Assembly: GCF_042655745.1 (NCBI RefSeq)
Contig: NZ_JBHSNM010000005.1
Location: forward strand, 29,504 to 93,503
Source of the DNA: Lysobacter yangpyeongensis
GTDB taxonomy: Bacteria; Pseudomonadota; Gammaproteobacteria; Xanthomonadales; Xanthomonadaceae
Direction: 5' to 3'
Length of the DNA: 64,000 nt
A model generated the notes under the pieces. That model made no database searches, was not told where the DNA came from, and saw nothing but the letters and a program-made list of their open reading frames with translations. The position numbers and the translations under genes are program-made. Shown here in pieces: positions 20,031 through 31,438 of the stretch (position 1 is the stretch's first letter; every line of letters begins with the position of its first letter).

Positions 20031-21293
20031 ATGAACCCTCGTCTGATCGCGACTGCACTGTCCGCGGCCACCCTGGCCGCGCTTGTGTCCTGCCAACGCT
20101 CCGCGCCGCCGGAAGCCACCGCGCCGGCAACGGCAACGCCCGCGCCCGCCAGCACCGCCGCACCCGCGGAGCCCAAGGCGGCCTACACCGACCTGGAACA
20201 GCTGGCGCAGCGCGTGGTGACGCAAAGCGCGGCGGTGAAGGAAGGCGAGGTCGTGCTGATCACCGGCCGGCCGAGCGATGCGGAACTGCTCGAGAACCTC
20301 GCCGTCAACGTACGCAAGGTCGGTGGCCTGCCCTTCATCGAATACAGCAGCGACCGCCTGGCCAAACGCCTGTTCTTCGACGTGCCGGAAAAATACGACA
20401 CCCAGGCCGACACGCTCGGGAGCAAGCTCGCCGACATCGTCGACGTGCAGATTTCCCTGGGCAACAACGCCACCCAGGATCTGTTCGAAGGCGCCGATCC
20501 CAAGCGCATGGCCGCGCGCGGCAAGGCGGCCGAACCGGTGGCGCAGAAGTTCCTGCGCAAGGTCCGCAACGTGGAGATCGGCAACAACCTGTATCCGACG
20601 CCGTGGCGCGCGAAACAATACGGCCTCGAAGAGGACGCCCTGGCGCGCACGTTCTGGAACGGCGTCAACCTCGACTACAGCGAACTGCAGGCGCGCGGCA
20701 CGCAGGTGAAGGTCGCGATCGCCGGCGGCAACGAGGTGCACATCACCAACCCCAACGGCACCGACCTCACGCTGAGCGTGAAGGGGCGTCCCGTGCTCAC
20801 CAGCGACGGCGTGGTCAGCGCGGAGGACATGAAGGGTGGCGCCGCCGCGGCCGCGGCCTACCTGCCGGCCGGCGAGGTCTACGCCACGCCGGTGGCCGGC
20901 AGCGCCCACGGCAAGGTGGTGAGCACGCTCAGCTACTTCCGCGGCAAGGAAGTGAACAACCTCACCCTCACCGTCGACGGCGGCAAGGTGACGGCGATGA
21001 CCGGCGAGGGCCCCGGTTACGCCGGACTGAAGGCCGAATACGACGCGGTCGACGACGCCCGCAAGGACGACGTGGGCTTCGTCGACGTCGGCATCAATCC
21101 CAACGTGACGCTGCCCGCGACGAGCAAGGTCGGCACCTGGGTGCCGGCCGGATCGGTCACGGTGGGCACCGGCTTCAACGTCTGGGCCGGCGGCAGCAAC
21201 TCGGTGCCGTACGGACTGACGTTGTTCCTGCCCGGCAGCACGCTCACGCTCGACGGCAAGCCCATCGTCGAGAACGGCACGCTGAAGCTCTGA
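20031..21293 (+). CDS. M29-family aminopeptidase (aminopeptidase T-like), lipoprotein
   Basis: Lipobox LAALVSC; N-terminal region resembles Thermus/Bacillus aminopeptidase T family. Confidence 0.75.
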   Translation: MNPRLIATALSAATLAALVSCQRSAPPEATAPATATPAPASTAAPAEPKAAYTDLEQLAQRVVTQSAAVKEGEVVLITGRPSDAELLENLAVNVRKVGGLPFIEYSSDRLAKRLFFDVPEKYDTQADTLGSKLADIVDVQISLGNNATQDLFEGADPKRMAARGKAAEPVAQKFLRKVRNVEIGNNLYPTPWRAKQYGLEEDALARTFWNGVNLDYSELQARGTQVKVAIAGGNEVHITNPNGTDLTLSVKGRPVLTSDGVVSAEDMKGGAAAAAAYLPAGEVYATPVAGSAHGKVVSTLSYFRGKEVNNLTLTVDGGKVTAMTGEGPGYAGLKAEYDAVDDARKDDVGFVDVGINPNVTLPATSKVGTWVPAGSVTVGTGFNVWAGGSNSVPYGLTLFLPGSTLTLDGKPIVENGTLKL

Positions 21294-21316
21294 GCAACGC
21301 GCGCAAGCGCAAGGAA

Positions 21317-21343
21317 CAAAGGCGGCCTTCGGGCCGCCTTTGT
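21317..21343. terminator. Bidirectional hairpin terminator between convergent genes
   Basis: CAAAGGCGGCCTTCGGGCCGCCTTTG perfect stem-loop. Confidence 0.5.
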
Positions 21344-21364
21344 TGCCTCAGGGCGCAGCTGTTC

Positions 21365-21952
21365 CTAGCGCGCGGCGCTGCGGCGGTCGGCCGGGAGTTC
21401 GCTGGCGATCCAGCGTTCGAGCAGGCGCTTCTCGAAGCGCAGGGGGTCGTATCCGCGGCCGACGGTCGAATCCATCAGGAAGCCGGCGTCCATGAGCTTG
21501 CGCTCGCCCTGGTCGATCACGGCGCCGTTCGCATCGGTATGCGTGAAGGCAAGGGTGATGCGCGGCGGATAGATGTCGCGCACGAAGCGGGTGTCGTAGA
21601 AGTCCGGCCCGCGCCACGGCTCGAAATCGCCGGCGCGATCGATGTCGGTGATGCGGATCTGCAGCCGTTCGCCGGCCCGCAGGCGCGGTGCCGCGTAGTC
21701 GCGCAGGTGCCGGGCGAGCTGCGCGACCCAGTCGCCGCGACGCGATTCGACGCGGTTGTGGCTGTAGCGGATCTCGGTGAAGCCGGCCGGATCGTCCCAG
21801 CTGACGCTGACCGGTCCCTGTTCGGGCAGGCTGCGGGGCGCGTCGGCATCGGTGACGTAACGGATGCGCGCTGCGGCCGCGTGCGGCGCGAGCAGCCCGG
21901 CGCAGGCCAGCGCTATCGCGAGCAGGCCGGAGATTGGCGTGCGGAGTGTCAT
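21365..21952 (-). CDS. Secreted hypothetical protein (DUF3016-like)
   Basis: Signal peptide MTLRTPISGLLAIALACAGLLAPHAAAA; family guess from memory. Confidence 0.6.
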   Translation of the reverse strand: MTLRTPISGLLAIALACAGLLAPHAAAARIRYVTDADAPRSLPEQGPVSVSWDDPAGFTEIRYSHNRVESRRGDWVAQLARHLRDYAAPRLRAGERLQIRITDIDRAGDFEPWRGPDFYDTRFVRDIYPPRITLAFTHTDANGAVIDQGERKLMDAGFLMDSTVGRGYDPLRFEKRLLERWIASELPADRRSAAR

Positions 21953-22168
21953 GGCGGATCTCCCAGATGACCGGTCGATACCGGCATTGTCCTCCCCGGC
22001 CGCGTCGCATTGAAGCCGCAAACCCGGCGGATCGGCGGGCCGGCGCCGCTCGTTCATCCGCGAGTCGTTAACGCGACCTCACCTGCACTCCGCTTCGCGC
22101 TAACAAATGGCTTCGCACACTGGGCGGTGGTCAGTGACAGCCGCATCCCGCGGCCACGGAGGTCAGGC

Positions 22169-22687
22169 ATGAACGATGCAAAACGCAGCTACGTGATGGG
22201 CGCCGGATCGGCGCTGCTGTGCGCGATGGCGCTGGGCGCCGCCGCATGGGCGGGCGATTCGGGCAGCAAGTTCAGGATGATGGATACGAACAACGACGGC
22301 ATGGTGTCGTCGGCCGAGCACGATGCCGCGATCGCGAAGATGTTCGGCGAGATGGACGCGAACGGCGACGGCAACGTCACCGCCGCCGAGATGGACGCGC
22401 GCCACATGAAGAAGGAGGCCGCGTCGAAAGGGATGACCAGCAACGATGCGGCGATGGACACCGGCGCGATGCACCGGGAAATGTCCTCGTCCGAGAAGAT
22501 CGCGAAACTGGACACCAACGGCGACGGCATGCTGTCGGCCAGCGAGCATGAGGCCGGCGCACGCTCGATGTTTTCGGAGATGGACACCGACGGCAACGGC
22601 AGCCTGTCGCGCCAGGAGATGGACGCCGGCCACGCGGGGATGATGAAGGAGAAGGGCAAGACGACGTCGCCGGACAAGTCGCCCTGA
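22169..22687 (+). CDS. Periplasmic EF-hand calcium-binding protein
   Basis: RBS GGAGG; signal peptide; four DxNxDGxxS loops (DTNNDGMVS, DANGDGNVT, DTNGDGMLS, DTDGNGSLS). Confidence 0.7.
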   Translation: MNDAKRSYVMGAGSALLCAMALGAAAWAGDSGSKFRMMDTNNDGMVSSAEHDAAIAKMFGEMDANGDGNVTAAEMDARHMKKEAASKGMTSNDAAMDTGAMHREMSSSEKIAKLDTNGDGMLSASEHEAGARSMFSEMDTDGNGSLSRQEMDAGHAGMMKEKGKTTSPDKSP

Positions 22688-22689
22688 CC

Positions 22690-23043
22690 GTGAACCCGGG
22701 CGCTGCGCGGCGAAGGCGTGCGTGGAGATCGTGGATGGTCGCGCACACCACGCCGCCGGTGCCCGGCCGACCGGACTCGCCGGCGCCGGCGCCAGAGCGC
22801 CCGGATGCGCCGGCGCGTCCAGACGAGCCACCGGCACCGACACCGCCGTCACCGGATCGCGAGATTCCGGTACGGCCGATGCCGCGTCCGCAGCCGCCGC
22901 CGCCCGAAGCCCCCGTCCCCGATGAACCCGAGCTCCGGCAGCCGCCGGCGCACGATCCGGTGCCGCCGGCGCCGAAGGGACGGGCGACCGATCGTCGCGT
23001 GCCTGCAGTGTGTCGATCAACGGAATCGCTCCGCGTCACGTGA
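22690..23043 (+). CDS. Hypothetical proline-rich protein (GTG start; may be non-coding)
   Basis: ORF 2 nt after the EF-hand gene; PAPAPERPDAPARPDEPPAPTPP low complexity. Confidence 0.25.
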   Translation: MNPGAARRRRAWRSWMVAHTTPPVPGRPDSPAPAPERPDAPARPDEPPAPTPPSPDREIPVRPMPRPQPPPPEAPVPDEPELRQPPAHDPVPPAPKGRATDRRVPAVCRSTESLRVT

Positions 23044-23311
23044 CAATCGCTTTCGGCTCTCTTCGCATCGCGGCGAGCGGGCAGTTGGCGGGAGGAGTGA
23101 GCGTGCGTGCGTCGCGCATCGGACGTACGCGCAGGTCGGACGTACGCGCAGACACCTCGTCGTCGCATGCGCATCGTCGCGGCAGCGCAGACTGCCTGCG
23201 CATTGCCGGCACGCGGCCCGCAGGCGGGATACGTCGTCCCGGATTTCGCGGCTAATCGGCCGTAGAGCCACCGGCTAAGCTGCGCGTCTTCCCGAATTGC
23301 GGAGCCCGCCC

Positions 23312-23818
23312 ATGTCCTTCTCGATGTATGACGCGTCCATTCCGGTGTTCGTGCGCACGCTGCGCAACCTCGACCGCGTGCTCGCCAAGGGCGCGGCCCA
23401 TGCGCGCGACAAGGGCGCCGACCCCGCGAACCTGCTGCAGTCCCGGCTGATCTTCGACATGCTGCCGCTGGTGCGACAGGTGCAGATCGCCAACGACATG
23501 GCCACGCGCGGCGCGGCACGCCTCACCGGCCAGGAAGTGCGCAGCGTCGAGGACAACGAGACCACGTTCGAGCAGCTGCAGGCGCGCATCGCCGCCTCGA
23601 TCGCCTACCTCGATGGCTTCACGCCCGAGCAGTTCGCGGACAGCGAGACCCGTGCGATCTCGTTCAAGACTCCCCGTTCCGAACAGAACTTCGTCGGCCG
23701 CGATTACCTGCTCGCCTACCTGCTGCCCAATCTGTTCTTCCACACCAGCATCGCCTACGCCCTGCTGCGGCAGGCAGGCGTCGCCATCGGCAAGGCCGAT
23801 TACCTGGGCGAGAACTGA
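23312..23818 (+). CDS. Conserved hypothetical protein (DUF1993-like)
   Basis: GGAG RBS; N-terminus MSFSMYDASIPVFVRTLRNL matches remembered DUF1993 starts. Confidence 0.7.
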   Translation: MSFSMYDASIPVFVRTLRNLDRVLAKGAAHARDKGADPANLLQSRLIFDMLPLVRQVQIANDMATRGAARLTGQEVRSVEDNETTFEQLQARIAASIAYLDGFTPEQFADSETRAISFKTPRSEQNFVGRDYLLAYLLPNLFFHTSIAYALLRQAGVAIGKADYLGEN

Positions 23819-23861
23819 GCCTGCGCGGGCGCGTCCTGGCGACGCGCCCGCTCCGCGCCGT

Positions 23862-24404
23862 TCACTTCACCGGAATCATCAGGTGCTGGTACGGCGTGCC
23901 GGGCCACATCACGTACGGCACCGAGGTGTCGGGATCGGCGTCCTTCGGATACATGTCGTAGAACGCCGGGTCGGCGCCCACGATCATCACGTGCGGTCCG
24001 GTCTGCACCCAGTGGTTGCTGGCGGTCGGTTGCTCCGCATACGGATCGGTGTTGCTGGCATCGGTGCCGCCGGCCAGCATGTACATGAAGCCGATCTTGC
24101 CCGTCGCAGGCGGCTTGTGTTCCATCCAGGCGTGCGCCCACTCCATCGCGGCCGCATCCATGCACATCGGATCGGGGCCGGGCGTGCCGGGGTTGTCGGC
24201 CATGCAGGTGAAGCCGTTGGTGCCGGCGCGCACGGTGCGCATGCCGTCCTTCTCCATCGCGACGATGGTGGCGTTGGCGGCGACCTTGGCGGGCGCGGCC
24301 TGCATCGCGCTCGCGATCATCTTGCTGTCGGCGGCGGCATCGGCCGCCCATGCGTTTGCGCTCAGCACCGCGAAGACGGCGAGCGCGAGTATCGATCTGG
24401 ACAT
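23862..24404 (-). CDS. Periplasmic Met-rich hypothetical protein (possible metal-binding)
   Basis: GGAG RBS; signal peptide MSRSILALAVFAVLSANAWA; Met/His clusters MCMD, MEWAHAWMEH, FMYML, YDMYP, YVMWP. Confidence 0.6.
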   Translation of the reverse strand: MSRSILALAVFAVLSANAWAADAAADSKMIASAMQAAPAKVAANATIVAMEKDGMRTVRAGTNGFTCMADNPGTPGPDPMCMDAAAMEWAHAWMEHKPPATGKIGFMYMLAGGTDASNTDPYAEQPTASNHWVQTGPHVMIVGADPAFYDMYPKDADPDTSVPYVMWPGTPYQHLMIPVK

Positions 24405-24611
24405 CGAAGGCTCCTGACAGATGGGCACTCCCTCGTCGCGCATTGTCGAGCCATGGCGCGGCCATGCTGCGTCCCCCGGTCGGGGGAGGGCGCGCGTCGT
24501 GACGTCATCTCGACATGGCCGAATCCGCGATGACCTGCGGTCGGGTGGATTCACCGGCGATTCGCGCGTGGCTGCGAAGACTGCGGGCACCCCCCACCGC
24601 AGGAGTGACGG

Positions 24612-25064
24612 ATGAAGTCGAACCGCAAGCGCAATCCGGCCCTGGCCGCAGGCGCGCTCGCCGTGGCGCTGGCGTGCCTGGGCGGTAGCGCCTGGGCGCA
24701 GCCGCAACCGGGCCTGACCAGGGCCGAGGTGCAGGCGCGGCTCGAGGCGCAGGGCTACACGAAGATCAACGATGTGAAATTCAGCGATGGCGTGTGGAAG
24801 GCCGATGCGCGCAGTGCCAACGGCAATCGCGTGGACGTGCGCATCGATCCCGCGACCGGCGCGATCTACCCCGACGAGCAGGTCGCCAATCTCAGCGAAG
24901 CCGACGTGCGCGCCAAGCTCGCCGCCGCGGGCTACACCAACGTGCACGACGTCGATTACGAGGACGGCATCTGGAACGCGGAGGCCGACGATCCGCAGGG
25001 CAAGGACGTGGAACTGAAGATCGATCCGGCGACCGGCAAGGTGATCGGCAAGGAAAAGGACTGA
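24612..25064 (+). CDS. PepSY-domain periplasmic protein (two PepSY repeats)
   Basis: RBS AGGAG; signal peptide; duplicated AQGYTKINDVKFSDGVWKA / AAGYTNVHDVDYEDGIWNA modules. Confidence 0.75.
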   Translation: MKSNRKRNPALAAGALAVALACLGGSAWAQPQPGLTRAEVQARLEAQGYTKINDVKFSDGVWKADARSANGNRVDVRIDPATGAIYPDEQVANLSEADVRAKLAAAGYTNVHDVDYEDGIWNAEADDPQGKDVELKIDPATGKVIGKEKD

Positions 25065-25122
25065 GGATTGCCGGCGCATCGCTGTCGCGCGACGCCGTCG
25101 ACGGCCGCGTCTGCAAAAACAG

Positions 25123-25151
25123 AAAGCCCCGCAGTTGCGGGGCTTTCTTTC
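25123..25151. terminator. Bidirectional rho-independent terminator
   Basis: AAAGCCCCGCAGTTGCGGGGCTTTCTTTCG between convergent PepSY and RcnB-like genes. Confidence 0.55.
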
Positions 25152-25167
25152 GTCCGCACGCAGAGGA

Positions 25168-25521
25168 TCAGTGGTGCAGCAGGATGTCGGCGATGATCCC
25201 GGTGGCGACGGCCACGAGGATGAAGCGACCTTCGTCGTCGCGCACCCAGCGATGGCCGCGCGGCGGCTGGCGCAGGTGGTAGTACGCGTAGTCGTCGACG
25301 TAGTAGCGCGGCTCCAGATACACCACTTCGATGCGGTCGCCGCGGCGGTAATCGCGGTGCTTCCAGTGCTTGTGCCGGCGGTCATGGTCGCGGTCGTAAT
25401 CGCGATCGTAGTCATGGTCGTGGTGGTGACGATCGCCGTGATGACGGTGCCCGTCGGCCAGCGCCAACGGCGCGGTCAGCAGCAGAGTGGCAAACGACGC
25501 GGCGAGGATCAGGCGTTTCAT
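25168..25521 (-). CDS. RcnB-family periplasmic protein with His/Asp-rich low-complexity region
   Basis: Signal peptide; HRHHGDRHHHDHDYDRDYDRDHDRRHKHWKH; C-terminus [29 protein letters not shown] resembles RcnB/YohN core. Confidence 0.7.
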   Translation of the reverse strand: MKRLILAASFATLLLTAPLALADGHRHHGDRHHHDHDYDRDYDRDHDRRHKHWKHRDYRRGDRIEVVYLEPRYYVDDYAYYHLRQPPRGHRWVRDDEGRFILVAVATGIIADILLHH

Positions 25522-25583
25522 GGGCGTACTCCGGGTGTGCCTGCAACTGGCCCGACGACGCATCGGCGCCGCGGGCCGATGGG

Positions 25584-25898
25584 TCAGTGGTGCAGCAGGA
25601 TGTCGGCGATGATGCCGGTGGCCACGGCCACGAGGACGAAGCGGCCGTCCGGATGGCGGATCCAGCGGTGGCCCGGGGGCGGCGGCGCGAGGTGGTACAC
25701 GCGGTAGTCGGTGACGTAGTAGCGCGGCTGCAGGTAGACGACGTCGATCTTCTCGCCCTTGTGCCAGCCGTAATGGTTGCCCGGCGGGTGATCGCCGTGG
25801 CCGCCATGACCGCCGTGTCCGCGCCCGTGGCCCTTGGCGACGGCGACCGAAGACAGCGACAGCAGCGCGAGCGAAACAGCCAGTAGCACGCGTTTCAT
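25584..25898 (-). CDS. RcnB-family periplasmic protein paralog with Gly/His-rich region
   Basis: Signal peptide; [15 protein letters not shown]; C-terminal 16 aa identical to the neighbouring paralog. Confidence 0.7.
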   Translation of the reverse strand: MKRVLLAVSLALLSLSSVAVAKGHGRGHGGHGGHGDHPPGNHYGWHKGEKIDVVYLQPRYYVTDYRVYHLAPPPPGHRWIRHPDGRFVLVAVATGIIADILLHH

Positions 25899-26160
25899 GG
25901 TTCCCCCTCGTGAACGTGATGGATGCGGTGCGGCGGATGGTAGGTGGCCGGCCGCGCACGGTGGGGCGAAGTTCACCACGGACTTCGGGAAATTTGACCG
26001 GTTTCGCCGTTCCGCGCGCCGCGGGGTTGGCCCGTATTCATGCTGGCCGCGCGGTTCCCGCATTCCGGCGCGCATGGAACGCGCCGCCTGAACGGTTCGC
26101 GCGGATTGCCCCGTGCCCGGGACGATTCTTCCCTCGAATCGCGGCTTATCGGCGCCGCGG

Positions 26161-26463
26161 GCGATGGCTAGCCTGTACGCCTTCTTCCGCACACCTCGCA
26201 CGGGACGCGCCATGCCCACGCCTCGCCACGCCGGATTCGCCTTCGTACCGCTGATGCCGATCGTCGCCCTCGGCGTGATCGGTCTGGCCTTCGCCGCGAT
26301 CGGGTACACGGGTGGTACCGACCCCGCGCCGATCTGGCCAGGCGCCCGTAACGCGGCCCTGGTTGCCTTGCCGGTGGCGGTCACGCTGGTATTGCGCGGG
26401 CTGGCGCGGCGGACGGCGCGCGCGGCGGCGCGGCGCCGGCGTGGCCCGGGCGAAATGGGCTGA
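26161..26463 (+). CDS. Hypothetical small membrane protein
   Basis: Two predicted TM helices; ends 3 nt before the ABC ATPase gene; weak. Confidence 0.3.
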   Translation, partial: AMASLYAFFRTPRTGRAMPTPRHAGFAFVPLMPIVALGVIGLAFAAIGYTGGTDPAPIWPGARNAALVALPVAVTLVLRGLARRTARAAARRRRGPGEMG

Positions 26464-26465
26464 TC

Positions 26466-27466
<1,001 letters not shown>

Positions 27467-27470
<4 letters not shown>

Positions 27471-28234
27471 GCATGAACGTGCACGCGGTCCGTGCGATCT
27501 ACCGCTTCGAAATGGCGCGCACCTTCCGCACCCTGCTGGAATCGATCCTCTCGCCGGTGCTGTCGACGTCGCTGTACTTCATCGTGTTCGGCGCGGCGAT
27601 CGGTTCGCGCATGGGCGAGGTCGACGGCGTGGGCTACGGCGCCTTCATCATTCCCGGCCTGGTGATGCTGTCGCTGCTCAACGAGAGCGTGTCCAACGCC
27701 TCGTTCGGCATCTATCTGCCGAAATGGTCGGGCACGATCTACGAACTGCTGTCGGCACCGGTGTCGACCGTCGAGATCCTGCTGGGCTACGTCGGCGCGG
27801 CGGCGACCAAGTCGCTGATGCTCGGGACGCTGATCCTGGTGACCGCGCGCTTCTTCGTCCCCTACGAGATCGTCCATCCGTTCTGGATGGGCTGCTTCCT
27901 CGTGCTGACCGCGCTGAGCTTCAGCCTGTTCGGTTTCATCATCGGCATCTGGGCCGGCAGCTTCCAGCAACTCCAGGTCATCCCGCTGCTGGTGCTGACG
28001 CCGCTCACGTTCCTGGGCGGCGCGTTCTACTCGATCGGCATGCTGCCGCCGTTGTGGCAGAAGATCGCGCTGTTCAATCCGGTGGTCTACCTGATCAGCG
28101 GCATGCGCTGGAGCTTCTACGGTGTCAGCGACGTCGACATCGTGATCAGCACGGCGGCGATCCTCGGCTTCCTCGCCCTGTGCATGGCGCTGATCGCGTG
28201 GATCTTCCGCACCGGGTACAAGCTCAAGGCGTAG
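27467..28234 (+). CDS. ABC-2 family transporter permease
   Basis: ATGA overlap with the ATPase gene; 6 TM; YadH-like ABC-2 permease pattern. Confidence 0.85.
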
Positions 28235-28258
28235 TGTGGGGCAAGCCCACCGCGCGCC

Positions 28259-28516
28259 TTACTCGCCGTCCTGCTGCGCCGGCGTCAGGAACCACGCCTC
28301 GACCGCGCCCTTCACCTTCATCGTCATCGGCTGGCCGTGGCGGTCGAGCGCCTTGCCCACGGGCAGCTTCACCCACCCTTCGCTGATGCAGTATTCCTCG
28401 ACGTTGTGGCGCTCCACGCCGTTGAAGCGGATGCCGACGCCGCGCTCGAGCAGGGCTTCGTCGTAGAACTTGCTGCGCGGGTCGTTGGACAGGCGATCGG
28501 GAGGCGTATCGGACAT
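28259..28516 (-). CDS. Small conserved hypothetical protein (DUF3297-like)
   Basis: MSDTPPDRLSNDPRSKFYDEALLERGVGIRFNGVE... matches remembered family. Confidence 0.6.
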   Translation of the reverse strand: MSDTPPDRLSNDPRSKFYDEALLERGVGIRFNGVERHNVEEYCISEGWVKLPVGKALDRHGQPMTMKVKGAVEAWFLTPAQQDGE

Positions 28517-28682
28517 GGCGGTCGTGCAGGTGGGAAACGAGGGCGCATTGTAGGCGCCCGCGCCGCCGCTTGCCTGCATCGCCCCGCTTTCACGCGGTGG
28601 CCTGATTGCAGGCGTCAAGGGCATCGGCGACCTCACCACGCTGCCGGCGCGGCAGCGGAACCGCCGGCGCCTTGATCCGGGC

Positions 28683-28967
28683 CTACGATGCCTCGCCGCG
28701 CCCCTGGGCCTTGGCGCGCGCAATCACCGCCTTCACCAGTTCACGTTCGCGATGCCGCGAGATGGGCACGGCGCCCAATGTGATGGCGCGTTCGCGCAGT
28801 TCCGCGGTGACGTCGTAGTGCGCGCCGCTGGTCTTGTTCTGGAACGCGCGGCGCGGAATATCCAGGCGCGCCGCCATCGCATGCAACTCGGCGAGCGTGT
28901 CCGCCATCAGGTGCGCCCAGCGCTGGCCGCGCCACGGATGCACGGCATCGTCGACATAGACCGTCAT
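28683..28967 (-). CDS. Small conserved hypothetical protein (DUF4031-like)
   Basis: MTVYVDDAVHPWRGQRWAHLMADT...; ATG at 28967 preferred over the GTG in the track. Confidence 0.55.
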   Translation of the reverse strand: MTVYVDDAVHPWRGQRWAHLMADTLAELHAMAARLDIPRRAFQNKTSGAHYDVTAELRERAITLGAVPISRHRERELVKAVIARAKAQGRGEAS

Positions 28968-29025
28968 GGCCACAGTGTGCCACCGGCGGCACGCCGGCGC
29001 GGCAGCGCGCGCCTATCATGCGTGC

Positions 29026-29814
29026 ATGTGTCTGATCGCGGTCGCCTGGCAACACCACCCGCGCTATGCATTGGCGCTGATCGCCAATCGCGACGAATTC
29101 CACGGGCGTCCGACCGCGCCCGCCGGTGTCGATCCGGAAGCGCGCGGCGTGTACGGCGGCCGCGACCTGCAGGCCGGCGGCAGCTGGTTGCAGGTGTCCA
29201 CGCGGGGTCGCCTGGCGGCGGTGACCAACGTACGCGCGGGACGCAATCCCGAAACCGCACCGCGCTCGCGTGGCGCGCTGGTGCGCGATTTCGTCCGCGG
29301 CGAGAACGATGCTGCCGCGTACGCCGCGCGGCTCGCGCCGGTCGCGCCGGAACACGGCCGTTACAACCTGCTGACGTGGGATGGGCGGGCGCTGGTGTTC
29401 GCCACCAATTACCCGCAGGCCGGATCGCGGCCGGTCAGTCCGGGGATCCATGCGATGTCCAATGGCGCGTTCGACGCGCCCTGGCCGAAGAGCGGCCATG
29501 CCACACGGGCACTGCGCGCGTGGCTCGACTCGCCGGCGTCCGCGCGCGAGATCGACGCGGCCGCGCTGGAGCCGCTGTTCGCGGCGCTGGCCGACACGAC
29601 GCCGGCGCCGGATGCGGCGCTGCCGGACACGGGCGTGGGCCTGGAAATGGAGCGCTGGCTGTCGCCGCCGTTCGTGCGTGGTGAGCGCTACGGCACGCGT
29701 TGCAGCACGGTGGTGCTGGTGGAAGCGGAGCGGATGCTGTTCGCCGAACGGCGCTTCGGGCCGGATGGGGTGCCGCAGGGGGAGAGTTTCCGTGTGCTGC
29801 AGCGCGCCGCCTGA
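29026..29814 (+). CDS. NRDE-family protein
   Basis: Starts MCLIAVAW; contains the literal NRDE motif (IANRDEF). Confidence 0.75.
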   Translation: MCLIAVAWQHHPRYALALIANRDEFHGRPTAPAGVDPEARGVYGGRDLQAGGSWLQVSTRGRLAAVTNVRAGRNPETAPRSRGALVRDFVRGENDAAAYAARLAPVAPEHGRYNLLTWDGRALVFATNYPQAGSRPVSPGIHAMSNGAFDAPWPKSGHATRALRAWLDSPASAREIDAAALEPLFAALADTTPAPDAALPDTGVGLEMERWLSPPFVRGERYGTRCSTVVLVEAERMLFAERRFGPDGVPQGESFRVLQRAA

Positions 29815-29998
29815 CCTCTTCTCCCCGCGTGCGGGGAGAAGATGCCCGAAGGGCAGATGAGGGGGAGCGAGCGCAGCGAGCTGCTTTTGCTTTCGTTCGG
29901 GAACAACCGCAACCGCAACAGCAAAAGCAGCTCGCTGCGCATCGCTCCCCCTCACCCGCCCCGTTGGGGCACCCTCTCCCCGCGCGCGGGGAGAGGGA
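29815..29998. repeat. Dispersed copy (inverted orientation) of the ~180-bp palindromic element seen in the 1.5-2.4 kb array
   Basis: TCTCCCCGCGTGCGGGGAGAAGATGCCCGAAGGGCAGATGAGGGGGAGCGAGCGCAGCGAGCTGCTTTTGC...GGGGAGAGGGAA shares arms and core with the array element. Confidence 0.75.
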
Positions 29999-30159
29999 AC
30001 GCGTCGCTTCGGCTGTCAGTCGCGTCGGCCGCGTCAGTCGCTTCGGCTGCGTCGGCGGTGCCATCCATGGCGTAGCAACTCGGCTTCGGAGCGCCCGGCC
30101 CGGCCCTCGATGGCCGGGCGTTCGTCAGGACGCGCGCCATGGCGCGCAAGCCTCCTTCC

Positions 30160-31383
<1,224 letters not shown>

Positions 31384-31438
31384 GATTGGAATCCGTTCTG
31401 AAAGGCTCCGCGTGGCGAATCCGTTCGCCACGCGAAGG

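Noticed and set aside
18119-20176. 685-aa minus-strand ORF
   Set aside because: Antisense to the M28 peptidase gene.
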